This document shows, one piece after another, positions 50,858-64,000 of a stretch of 64,000 bases of DNA. Under the pieces are notes generated by a model. The model was given only the letters and a program-made list of their open reading frames with translations. It searched no databases and was not told where the DNA came from. Source of the DNA: Octopus sinensis (taxonomy: Eukaryota); contig NC_042997.1 of NCBI RefSeq assembly GCF_006345805.1, positions 11,408,001 to 11,472,000 of the forward strand, in the 5' to 3' direction. Each line of letters starts with the position of its first letter. Within the stretch, counting starts at the first letter, position 1. The position numbers were made by a program, and so were the translations under genes.

Positions 50858-51591
50858 AAAACTCCCCAGAAAGATATACATGTGTGAAAAATAATTGTTG
50901 TATTAGAAATATATAAATAAATAAATATAAATATGTATAAGTATAAATATATAATGTATATGACAGTTTAAAAGTTTTGAATTAAGTATTTAAAGCATCT
51001 TACGATCGTTTCACAGAAGTGTTGTTCCTATAATGAAATCCTATATTGATAAGTATTTATAGACAACTCTTCTGCTCTTCAGAGATAAAAAATTTGAATT
51101 CTGAATAACATATCGATTGGTAGATTTTTTTAAAATTTGAAGTAATACTATAAAATGGTGTTTGTTTGAACGATAAATTATAAATTAAAAATTACTGCTT
51201 TTGATGATAGCCTTTAAATCCATGTATACTTCCTTGGTTATTCTTCTTCAATAATCCATAATATTCATATGTAAAATCCGTTATATTATCTTGTATTCCA
51301 TTTGGAATAGTTCATATAGTTAGTTTAGAAATGTGAAATTTGTATATACTTTAGTATAAGAATCTTGAAATTCATATATATCTTCTTGGTAAGTCCTCTG
51401 TAGCAATCCATAATACTTTTGACGTGGTAATTCCTCTGTAGCAATGCATAATGCTTTTGTATAAAATTCATTATATTATCCGGTAATCCAAATATAGTTC
51501 ATAATACAAAATCAAATTATATTTTAAATTATATGTGAAGTTATAATACAACAATAATTTTTCACACGTGTATATCTTTCTGAGGAGTTTT
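50858..51591 (-). mobile_element. Short element bounded by ~48-bp inverted repeats and containing a hammerhead
   Basis: 50858-50905 is a near reverse complement of 51544-51591. Confidence 0.65.
50997..51086 (-). ncRNA. Type I hammerhead ribozyme with long stem II and palindromic stem III
   Basis: The minus strand reads ATCT-CTGAAGA-GCAGAAGAGTTGT...ACAACACTTCTGT-GAAA-CGATCG-T-A-AGAT. Stem I is 4 bp, stem II is 12/13 bp, stem III is the palindrome ACGATCGT, and the triplet is GUA. Confidence 0.85.
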
Positions 51592-52104
51592 TTGATATGG
51601 ACTTCTTAATAATGATATATTATTATTAATTTTGTATCTTCTCATTTGTCTTGCTCGCTTACGTTCTGGCATTTGCTAAATTTTCTTGAGAACAATCTTT
51701 TCTTAGTGGTAAGACCACAGGGGGTCTACTTCTAGCATAATGGATGTCCACTTAATGGTCATCGCCCTTATATGTATGTAATATAATTTTTCTGAGTCTT
51801 CAGATTTTTCAATATGCTAGACCACTGGTTTTAAATTGATATTAATCAAGTTAATATTTAATTTTCACCCTCATTATTTTAGATTTATATATATATATGA
51901 GAATGAACAAATTTGTATGACTGTATGTAGATGCGCGTATACATACTCAGACATGTGAGCATGAGTAAACGTGTGTGAATGTGTACATATAAGTGTGTAT
52001 GAGTGTGCGCGTGAGTGTATGAAGATGTGCGTGAGTGTACGAATTTTTGCGTGCGTGTATGAACGCCAGCTTTCATCGATATATATATATATAATATATA
52101 TATA

Positions 52105-52184
<80 letters not shown>

Positions 52185-53280
52185 CACACTGTCTTCCCTT
52201 CTAATTAAATCAAAACTCCTCATCTCATACAAAATTTAATTCATAGCTCTATGAATGAAATTATGCCAAAACTTTACCATATATCAATTCTAAGACTTTT
52301 CCGAGAATATTGTTTTCATTTTCTCCAACTTTACAGTTCTTCAATACATTTATTTCTCGTCTTCATGACTCTACAAAATACTTGTGCCATTCATCTCTTC
52401 AATTATAATTGTGTCCTAACTACAATTATATCTGCATATATTCTACAACATAGTTAGTGCAAACTTATTAAGCATTTAGTTTCCAAAACAGCTTTTTCGT
52501 ATCCACCCCAGGCAACCCATCTGATCCTAAAATACAGTATTCATTATTATATAATGTAATTTTTATACATTACTATACATTATACTGTAATTATTATACA
52601 TATAGGCGTAGGCATAGCTGTATGTTAAAGAAGCTTGCATTGTTAGTGAGTGATTTCGAGTTCTGTCCCGCTGCGCGGTACCTTTGATAGGTGTTTTCTA
52701 TCAGTCCGGGGCCGACCAATGCCTTGTGAGTGAATTTAGTATACACACACCGAGTGGCCAGAAAACTTTTTGCTTGCTGTGTTTTTTTGAACTGTAGACT
52801 GTTTTCTTTCTTTCTTTAATCTTTTTTGTGACTTTATTTTTATTGAACTGTTTTCTTTTTTTCTTCCTTCCTTTTTGTTGTAACTTTCTTTTGATTTCTT
52901 TCTTTTTCTTCCTTCTATTTTTGAAATTTTAGTGAGGCTCAACAATTAGGCTCACCCCTACGGGAGACCTTCAACAATCAACAAAGCGACCCACGTCCAA
53001 CAGGGATCAAATAATGATCAACACGAAAAAAAAAAAAAAACAACTCTCAAAGACTGCTTAGCAACGCGAACTGTCAATCACTCGCAGCTCTTTAATTTAT
53101 AACAACGAGACAGTCCACTTTTAGTCATTTGAGGGGTGGTCGGAATCCTTCCACAACATTCTTTTAATTCATATTTATTACAACCTCCCTAATCACAATG
53201 GAAATTATTTATCTATCTCCTTAATTCTTGTATATATACATTTGCTTATACATATTTAAATATAAATCTAATCTGGTGTA

Positions 53281-53546
53281 GTGTGGCGGCGCAATGGTCC
53301 AGTGTTTAGGGCAGCGGACTCGCGGTCGGAGGATCGCGGTTTCCAATCCCGGACCAGGCGTTGTGTGGTGGCGACCCTTGTTGCACTCTTTCGCCCCTGT
53401 TGTACTCTTCCTGTTTCTTGAGTAACGCTGCGATGGACTGGCGTCCCGTCCAGATGGGGGGGGGGACATACGCCACAGAAACCGGGAAACCGGGCCCATG
53501 AGCCTGGCTAGGTTTGAAAAGGGCGCATAAATAAAAATTAAAAAAA
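53281..53546 (+). mobile_element. SINE family C, short (V-like) tail form
   Basis: TSD AATCTGGTGTA at 53270-53280 and 53547-53557. Confidence 0.9.
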
Positions 53547-53779
53547 AATCTGGTGTATTATCTTCCGTGTGTGTATGTGTGTCGCTGCTTACCTACTCAG
53601 CTCATGCTTTTCTATATAATTTTATTTTGTGTGCTATGACTCCTTTTTGTAAATGTATGGTCACTCGACAAGAAAGTATCCTACTTAAGTCTTCAACACA
53701 GCGGCTAGAATCATAAACCACACTATCTACTAGGCCATAACCGGTAATTTTCATCCGAGCTTTTATCAGTTAATAGCAT

Positions 53780-54240
53780 TCTCAAGATATCAGTAGTTTG
53801 ACCTATGGATGAGTGTCTTTATCTGGAACCAAGAGCGATTCCATTTGATGGGCATTACTAATAGCTGAATGCGATAGCTGGTTGCTCGAAGTAACTTTCG
53901 ATTGAGAAATGCAGCTGGAGCTAGCAGTCCACACAGTTTAGGAACCATACCAGCCAAGGACGGTAAAGTGGTTTTAATGAGAATCATTGCTTGGGTGAAT
54001 ACTGCAGAGACTCTGTGAACGTTTCATTATTTTCGAACCTGATACAGACTCGGGAATAATCTGTCAATCTGTCCTATTGCTGAGGATTTGATGGTGAAGG
54101 GTTTGATGGCGAATACGATAGCAAAGAGCACATCCTCATTCTTGGAGAATATGAATCTGAAACATTTTTCAAAGTACAGCTCCAGCATGTGTTATCCTCC
54201 AAGAGGCATATTATTTGACAAGCTCTGCATTACATGGCAC
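53780..54240 (-). pseudogene. Helitron Rep-helicase linker relic
   Basis: The minus strand reads RACQIICLLEDNTCWSCTLKNVSDSYSPRMRMCSFAI, PSNPQQ and LLRATSY, resembling Helitron EAC..xGLLEDDxxW...SPxxMRxLFA...LRETSY. Confidence 0.6.
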
Positions 54241-54283
54241 AAACATATCAAGCAACAGGTCTGATGTCCTGGAATGGGCGAGA

Positions 54284-55392
<1,109 letters not shown>

Positions 55393-55887
55393 CATGCAAA
55401 GGTATTGATGCAAATATATCATACTATTTTTTTTGCTGTAGAAGCTCGTGTCGTTAATTATCTATGAAATTTAATTATATAAATCCTCTGGCACCATATA
55501 TAAAAGGATTTTTGGAAGATTCTAGACTCGTCATGTTCTTTCAACACCCGATGCTAACTTTATTAAGAAATCTTACCGAAGATCTATCAGCATTATGACG
55601 AAATTCTATCAACTATCTTCAACGTGTAAGCGTTGATATGAATGATCGTTATGTGCTTGTGCATAGGCGTGTACAAGTGTATTTTACACACGCGCACATA
55701 TATTCACGCGGACATAAAAATATATCTGTATGTATGTATTGATAATAGATACGTACATACACACAGACACACATACGCACACACATACATACACATATAT
55801 GTATGCCTTTTTCTTTCTTATTTGTATTCATTAGCAAATTAAAGAATTTATCGCTTCCACGCTTTCTGAACTAAAAGTGAAAGTATG

Positions 55888-55989
<102 letters not shown>

Positions 55990-56719
55990 TACATACATAC
56001 ATATATATATATATATATTTATTTAACTGTTTATTCATTTTAATATTTTTTCCTTTCCTAACATTTTACATCTTTGTTAATCATTTCCTCTTCTTCTTCT
56101 TCTTCTTCTTCTTCTTCTTCTTCCCTCCATCTCCGTCTGTCATGTTTTACGTCTTGCAACATGGAACCACGTTATCTCAAGAAACAAAACAAAACAAAAC
56201 AACAACAACAAAAAAAAAGATGCCATCGAATGATAAAATTGCACAACGAAGTGCAAAAGAATACAAGATAAAAAAAAAATTGGAGCAGTTTGTTACTAGA
56301 AATTCTCTTCTGATTCTTTGTTGACTCTCATGGCTCCGGTTAGGAATCGAAACCCATAATGCTGGCTTAGTTCACTGTACAGCTTAATCTTCTGCTGTGC
56401 ATTGATCGACCCAGCATAAGGAACTTTAAAGTAAAAATCTTCTCATGGTGATAGGTGAGAAGTATATGAAATTGTAAAAAGTTCATTTCTTACGATATTT
56501 ATATAAGGAAGGATAACGAAAGATGAGAGTAAGGGGATGCGTCGAACAACTTTTGATAAATAAAAGCTTTGATGTCTAGAATAAAACGGAACAGAAATCT
56601 TGTTAGAATATTGTACTGAATTCTATTCTCCATACATGGCTGCTGAAATCACAGCATTTGGCAAAAATAACCTCTGCATGTAAGCATGCGCACGCGCGCG
56701 CAAACGCACAAACACATAT

Positions 56720-57108
56720 TCTTTTACTCTTTTATTTGTTTCAGTCATTTGAATGTAGCCATGCTGGAGCACCGCCTTTAGTCGAACAAATCGATCCCAG
56801 AACTTATTCGTAGTAAACCTAGTCCTCATTCTATCGGTTCTCTTTTGCCGAACTGCAAGATTATGGGGACGTAAACACACCACCAACGGTTGTCAAGCGA
56901 TGGTAGGGGGATAAACACAGACACACAAACATATACACACAAACATAAACACACACCCATATTTACATATATATATATATATATATATATATAGGAGGGA
57001 CTTCTTTCAGTTTCCGTCTACCAAATATATCTACAAGGCTTTGGTCGGCCCGAGGCTATAGTAGAAGACACTTACCCAAAGTGACAAGCAGTAGGACTGA
57101 ACCCGGAA
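56720..57108 (-). mobile_element. SINE family A copy (head continues at ~57301-57339)
   Basis: Reverse-complement match, with ~190 bp of unrelated sequence separating the head. Confidence 0.85.
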
Positions 57109-57363
57109 CAATTGTTCTTTTAAAAACATCATATGTAGAAGTATATACATGGAGACCCCTATTCGAAAAAAATACTTAAATACAAACAGCAGACCCCACT
57201 AAGCTCCCCGCCGCTCCAAACAGACGCTTTACCTGTGGTCGTGCTTCAAATGTTCAATTTTTCACGTACGACGTGACTTCCACTGCGACAACTTGGTAGC
57301 AGTAAGCGAGCTACTTACCACACAGCCACACTTGCGCCTAAATATATATCTATATGAATTATT

Positions 57364-57431
<68 letters not shown>

Positions 57432-57689
57432 AGACCGAGAGAGAGAGAAAGAGAGAGAAAACTTACTTGGAATGGATACGTGGCGTTCAATCATATAATA
57501 ATATACATAATATGTGTATATATACATATATATATATATATAATATATATATATATATTATATATATATATACATATATACATACATATATGTGCATACT
57601 TACATATATATATGTATATACATATGCATATATAGGCACAGGACATCAATATATCTATCTATCTATCTATCTGTCTATCTATCTGTCTG

Positions 57690-57758
<69 letters not shown>

Positions 57759-58309
57759 ATCTATAAAAACTTAGATAAACTTAGCTATGTTTCGACCAAA
57801 GATTGGTCCAGGCCATGTCTAACTTAATAGCACAACCTGATAGGATTAACTAAATCCTTTTTCAGCCAAGTTTTGTGGTATCATGGCCCATTCAGGTAGT
57901 GAGTTCTTGTTGGGTTATGTCGCAGTGTACATATATGCTGTGATCCTGAATTGGGAAGGGGACGTATGGCCCGTGGCCCCAGCCTTGGATGAACCTTGAA
58001 ACTAATGCTCAAGTCGTTGGGGCAATGCTGGCGGTATATCCTCATCGTACAAATGATATATAATATATATATATATATATAATCTTCGTGTTTAACCTAT
58101 TACGCGTATGTGCATCCACAGTTCCAAGCTATCAGACAGTTGGTAATTGGTAGACTGTCGGTTATATCAAACACCTGCCTGAAAACCCACAAACACTCGC
58201 GGAGTTTCTACAATTAAAGCAAAAGAGAATGGAGTGAGCAAGTTCTTTTATTTCGTTGATTTACAATCGTTTCATCAAAGAAGGGCATTCCAATACATAC
58301 ATACATACA

Positions 58310-58347
<38 letters not shown>

Positions 58348-58409
58348 AAGCTAAGCATATCAAGGTTAGAAATACAATATTGCCCGCTTCCGAAATGGTA
58401 CATATACCC

Positions 58410-58446
<37 letters not shown>

Positions 58447-58911
58447 AGTTGTCTGTCTAAGGAAGCGTAAATGTATGTGCGTGTAGATATTGTTAGAAAT
58501 AAATGCCTAAATGATAAGTTGAAAGGAATGAAGTTGCTGTGATTTTAATGGGAATGGGTAACAATATACACCAAAAAGATAGGCATGATGGCTATAGGTC
58601 TGTCTGTCTGTCAGTGTGTCTCTGTGTGTGTCCGCCTCGCTGTCTGTCTATATGTGCAATTGTATATCTGTATGAATGTATGCATTTATGATTTTATGAG
58701 TTCATTGTACGAATACAATAGGCGCAGGAGTGGCTGTGTGGTAAGTTGCTTACTTACCAACCACATGGTTCTGGATTCAAGGTCAGTGCGTGGCACCTTG
58801 GGCAAGTGTCTTCTACTATAGCCACGGGTCGACCAAAGCCTTGTGAGTGTACTTGGTAGATGGAAACTGAAAGAAACCCGTCGTATATATGTATATGTAT
58901 ATATATATATT

Positions 58912-58963
<52 letters not shown>

Positions 58964-59202
58964 GACTACGACTACTACTACTAATATAGGATGAAGTTTT
59001 TTTACAGGAAAAAAATTCATCAAAAAAAAAGTGGAAGCATATTAAAATACCTTTAAAGGTTAAAATTATAAACAACTTATAAACAAGGGCAAAAGAAAAT
59101 TATTCCTATGCCAATATGCTGATAACAGACTTTTAAATCGTCAATTTCCACATATTATTATATACCCACTACAGAAATTCGTTGTGCTGAAAGCTAACCA
59201 AC

Positions 59203-59279
<77 letters not shown>

Positions 59280-59377
59280 ACGGGAAGCTTTATGAAAATA
59301 AACAAAAGACGAAGGCAGGTGGAAAACAAACGAACAATTGTATTAGTATGGCGCTCAGGAAATATAAATAAAACAAG

Positions 59378-59415
59378 TCTTTAACGTTTCGAGCCTACGC
59401 TCTTCAACAGAAAGA
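59378..59415 (-). ncRNA. Minimal type I hammerhead motif with CUGUUGA core variant (repeat ~59280-59760)
   Basis: The minus strand reads TCTTT-CTGTTGA-A-GAGC gtag GCTC-GAAA-CG-T-T-AAAGA. It is related to the 10228 and 11168 family. Confidence 0.65.
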
Positions 59416-59772
59416 TACACAGAGAGAGAAAAACACAGAAAGAAGGAGAGAAAAAAAATGCGTGCAGTAGCTAACGAATCAACATGGCGATCTGATTTCG
59501 GCCAGAGGTCAAAGATCAAACATGAGACGCGAGAGCGAAATAAGGGGAGATAATAGGGTTGATAAAGGGTTGAGGGACCAGCTAAAAGTGCGTGGGAGGG
59601 GTCTGGATGTGTGTATGTATAGGGTTGGTGTATGTATTAGTATGTATAAGGGTGTGTGTGTGTGTGTATGTGTGTATGAGAGAGTATTAGTGCGTAAGAT
59701 TGGTCTGGACGTGCGTATGTATGGGGTTGGTGTATGTATTAGTATGTATTAGTATGTATTAGTACGTATTGG

Positions 59773-59826
<54 letters not shown>

Positions 59827-59829
<3 letters not shown>

Positions 59830-61036
59830 AGCATTAAAGACCCGTCGTTGCCGGGTCATAGTGCAAGTGCATGTATATATGTGTATATATATGTGTACAT
59901 ATTACATGTACATCTATATATATACATCTACACATGAAATACAAAATACAAAGTTATATCTTGATATCGCTAGTGATAACAATACTCAAAATATATAACA
60001 GACTGGAATTGTTAGCCCGTCTCTTGTAATTTCGATCAATTGGATCTTGTCCTCCCTCTTGTATAGAAGTGTGGCTACAATCCAGCCTACCTCTACTTCG
60101 GGGCGGAGTGGGAGGGCATTTTAAATTTTTTCCGGGACGTCCTACGTCCCAGATATAAAGGTAAAAATAAAATATTTCCACTTTCCAAGTTCGAGCCGAG
60201 TACTCCCTTGCAATATGGCAATATATATAGAGAGAGAGACAGTCATCACTCCGTTGACTCGAACCTTGCTTCTATTGTGGCGAATTTACCGCCTCTGATT
60301 AGATACCTTTCATAGTCGCACCAAGAAAATTTTCGAAGGTGCTTTCCTCTATGTGTTCAAATCTTTTTTCTCTACATTGTATACTTTATAGACAATAGTC
60401 TTTTCTTTAATTTAATTTTTTATTATCCATTTCTGCATGCTAATTTTATTTTTAATTTATTCCCATTCATGTGAAACCACTTATTCAAGTTCAAATCATT
60501 GATGCAATTTTATACCAATTGCTATTTTTATTTTTGTTATGTTGCGATTATATTATACTTTAGTTTGATTTTAATTATTACTTACTACATATAATTCAAT
60601 TGTTATTATTATTTTTATTGTTAAAGTGAAAGTATCTGACATAAAATAGAGAAACGTTTTTGTTTCACTTTTAACACGTAATACTGAAATAGTGGAGAAG
60701 ATATGATATTGCTATGGGCTCGCTCTAGGCAAGAAGTCGAACATTTTTTTTGACCATGAAACTACATGGACCCTAAGTAAGGTATGTGTAAAATTTGAAT
60801 GGAATTGGTTGTGTAGTTCTCAAGTTCTAGGGAATCGTAGTGGAGAAGATATGATATTGCTGTGTGCTCGCCCTAGGAAAAAAGTTCAAAACTTTTTTGC
60901 CGATGACACTCCCCGACCCTAAGTAAGGCATGTGTAAAATTTGAATGAAATTGGTTGTGTAGTTCTCAAGTTTTAGGGAAACACACAGACAGACAGACAG
61001 ACAGACACACATTCTCAGTTTTATATATATAAAGAT
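59827..61036 (+). mobile_element. Longer HINE-like element with ~148-bp internal tandem duplication
   Basis: Starts ACCAGCATTAAAGACCCGTCGTTGCCGGGT (hairpin) and ends (ACAG)n...TTTTATATATATAAAGAT. The block 60690-60828 is repeated at 60838-60975. Confidence 0.6.
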
Positions 61037-61320
61037 ATATATATATATATATGCGTGTGTGTGTGTGTTTGTAACCTCACCATCGCTTGACAACCGATGC
61101 TGGTGTGTTTCCGTTCCTGTAACTTAGCGGTTCGGCAAAAAAGACCGATAGAATAAGTCCTGGGGTAGATTTGTTCGACTAACGGCGGTGCTCCCGCATG
61201 TCCGCAGTCAAATGGCTGAAATAAGTAAAAGAATAAAAGAATAAAGGAATATGCGTACATACATACATACAAACATATATATACATACATACATACATAT
61301 ATATATATATAATATATATA

Positions 61321-61367
<47 letters not shown>

Positions 61368-61491
61368 ATATATGTATATATAATTACACAAACATATACG
61401 TATAAATATAATTGTACATGAGATCGTGTATGCATCTGTTCTTTTTTATATACATAGTTTAGATGACTATATGTCAATAAACATATATATT

Positions 61492-61524
<33 letters not shown>

Positions 61525-61663
61525 ATATATATTGCCATATTCATTTGATATATATATATATATTATATATATATGTGTGTGTGTGTGTATGAATATATGT
61601 ATATACATATATATATATATATATATAAACATATGCATGTATATATATATATATATATGCATG

Positions 61664-61699
<36 letters not shown>

Positions 61700-61947
61700 C
61701 ACACATATACATAAATGCATACATACATACACATGCACGTATTTATGCATATTTGTATGTACGTCTGTACCTATATATGTGTATATGTGTATATGTGTAT
61801 GTGTGTACATCTATGTGGATGAATGTATATATATATATATAAATGTATATGTATATATGCATATATATATATTGTTTATATTATATTATATATATATATG
61901 TGTGTGTGTATATACATACTCACATATATACATATACATACTCACAT

Positions 61948-61981
<34 letters not shown>

Positions 61982-62204
61982 ATATATATACATATATATA
62001 TATGTATCCATGGGTGGATGGAAGTGAGGGAGTGTAAAGAAAGATTGTGAAAGATATTGTACATTATTTCTTATTTATATGTGAAAGATAAGTAAAAGCA
62101 AAACAAAACACTACAACCCGAGGGTCAAAATCCGATAACGAGATATATAGTCAGAGAAAATTTCAAAAATTCTCTCTTGCTTTACAATTATTTATACCCT
62201 CAAA

Positions 62205-62808
62205 ATATTACTCTGCCCCTAACACCGTCATCATGTCATTAATACGAGAGACGACATCGTCGTCATCGTTCTCCGCATCTTCCTCCTCAGCATCAGTACC
62301 GCCTTCCACCACCACGACCACCGCCGCCGCAGCCTCCACCGCCTCCACCGCCACCGCCACCACCACATCATCATCTACATTATCATCGTCGTCGTTATCG
62401 TCGTAGTCGACATAGACATCTTCGCCATTATTCTCTTCCTCCTCCCCTCCATCTCCCCTCCTCTTCATCCTCACCACCACCACCACCACCACCACTACTA
62501 CGAGCACCATCACCAGCAACACCACAATCGCCGCCGCCGTTGTCTTGGTCGTCGTCGTCGTCGTCGTCATGGTCATTACCATCGTCATCATTTTGCTCAT
62601 CATTATCAATGTCATCGTCGTCGACGTCGCTATCCTCATCATCATCATCATCATCACCACCATCACCATCATCATCCTCCTTACCACATCCCCAACCATC
62701 AACTTCGTCGTCGTCGTCGCCATACTCTTAATCATTGCCATCATTTTCCTCCTCCTCCTCCTCATCATCATCATCATCATCTTCATCATCGTCTTCATCC
62801 TCATCGTC

Positions 62809-62844
<36 letters not shown>

Positions 62845-63376
62845 GTCGTCATCTTCATTTGTCATCGTCTTCATTCCTCTTCATCATCATCATCATCATC
62901 ATCGTCATCATCATCACCACCACCATCGTCATCATCATCATCATCACCACCATCGTCACCATCACCACCATCACCACCATTATCATCGTCACCATCATCA
63001 CCATCATCATCACCATCATCATCGTCGTCGTCGTCTTCTTCATTCGTCATCGTCTTCATTCCCCTTCATCCACCACGCTTCACCTCCTTATCGTTGTCGG
63101 CACTGTTTCATACTGCAGCAGTTGCAGCAGCCGCAGCATCAATAGTAGCAGCAGCAGCAGCAGCAGCAGCACTACCACCACCACCACCACCACCATAAAT
63201 AACAACAACAACAATAGTGACAAGAGCAAGAAGAATATAGAGTAGAGACAAAAGGTGAACTAGATATAAATTGCTTAACAAAATGAAAGACAAAAAAAAA
63301 AACAAAAACAGAAATAATACCAAAATAACAACAGTAGCAGAAACAGCAGCAGCAGCAGCAGCAGCAGCAGCCACAA

Positions 63377-63411
<35 letters not shown>

Positions 63412-64000
63412 TAACAGCAATAACAGAAACAGCTATGCGTAATAGTTTTAATAGGAAAATATTTGTTCCAGAGCTTTATGTGTAAAGCACGCTGGAAATA
63501 ATAAAACGAGAGCGATGACGAAAATGATGATGACGAAAATGGTGATGTCTATGGTGATGGTGATGATTTGTAAGGATAAAAATGATGACAGTGATGTTGG
63601 TTTTGATGATGGCAGTTGATGGTGGTGATGACGATGACGACGACGACGACGATGATGATGATGATGATGATGATGTCAATGATGATGGTGATGACTATGA
63701 TGATGATGATGATAATGACAATGGTGATCTCGATGATGATGATGATGATGACGACGACGACGATGATGATGATGTCAATAATGATGGTGATGACGATGAT
63801 GATGATAATGATGATGATAATGACGATGATGATGATGATGATGATGATGATGATAATGTCAATGGTGATGGTGATGACGATGATGATGATAATGATGATG
63901 ATAATGATGATGATGATAATGATGACGATGATGATGATAATGTCAATGGTGATGACGATGAGGATGATGATAATGGCAATGATGATAATGATGATGATGA
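62205..64000. repeat. Compound trinucleotide low-complexity region: (CAT/CGT/CAC/CCT)n, (CAG)n, (GAT)n
   Basis: Directly visible. Confidence 0.95.

Larger units (their letters stand above)
58719..61245 (+). mobile_element. SINE family A split by ~2.1 kb of nested inserts in its microsatellite
   Basis: The 5' half (58719-58885) ends at the usual microsatellite and the 3' half resumes at ~61050. Confidence 0.7.

Noticed and set aside
52740-53075. Possible 5' UTR of another L1/Tx1-like element on the minus strand
   Set aside because: Composition is suggestive, but there is no TSD, recognisable ORF or second copy in the window.
62208-63979. Poly-M/S/H/D/I ORFs
   Set aside because: Trinucleotide low-complexity sequence that is open in several frames on both strands, with no splice or domain evidence.

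Overview
This is an AT-rich, microsatellite-saturated eukaryotic window, almost entirely transposon-derived. The SINE families and repeat spectrum look like a coleoid cephalopod such as Octopus; that is an inference from pattern recognition, not a database result. Nearly all ORFs in the supplied track are microsatellite or SINE artefacts. One probable host exon is visible (4533-5023, +; transmembrane segment plus cytoplasmic tail). Recognisable relics are a Penelope-like (PLE) RT, two RTE LINEs, CR1 3' ends, an R4/Dong-type RLE end, Tigger/pogo, mariner, hAT and Helitron pieces, HINE-like elements and three tRNA-derived SINE families (called A, B and C here). The most interesting signal is non-coding. 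There are at least seven type I hammerhead ribozyme motifs from about four unrelated short ORF-less element families, often in Penelope-style inverted arrangements. One is a tRNA-headed SINE-like element with a hammerhead tail, and another is a 645-bp foldback with a canonical hammerhead on each strand. The window also holds a TSD-flanked ORF1-only L1/Tx1-type element (HAL1-like), an ORF-less bipartite RTE element with an HDV-like pairing topology, and TSD-flanked SINE multimers that share one junction. All structures were read by eye, none was computed, and coordinates of degraded relics are approximate.
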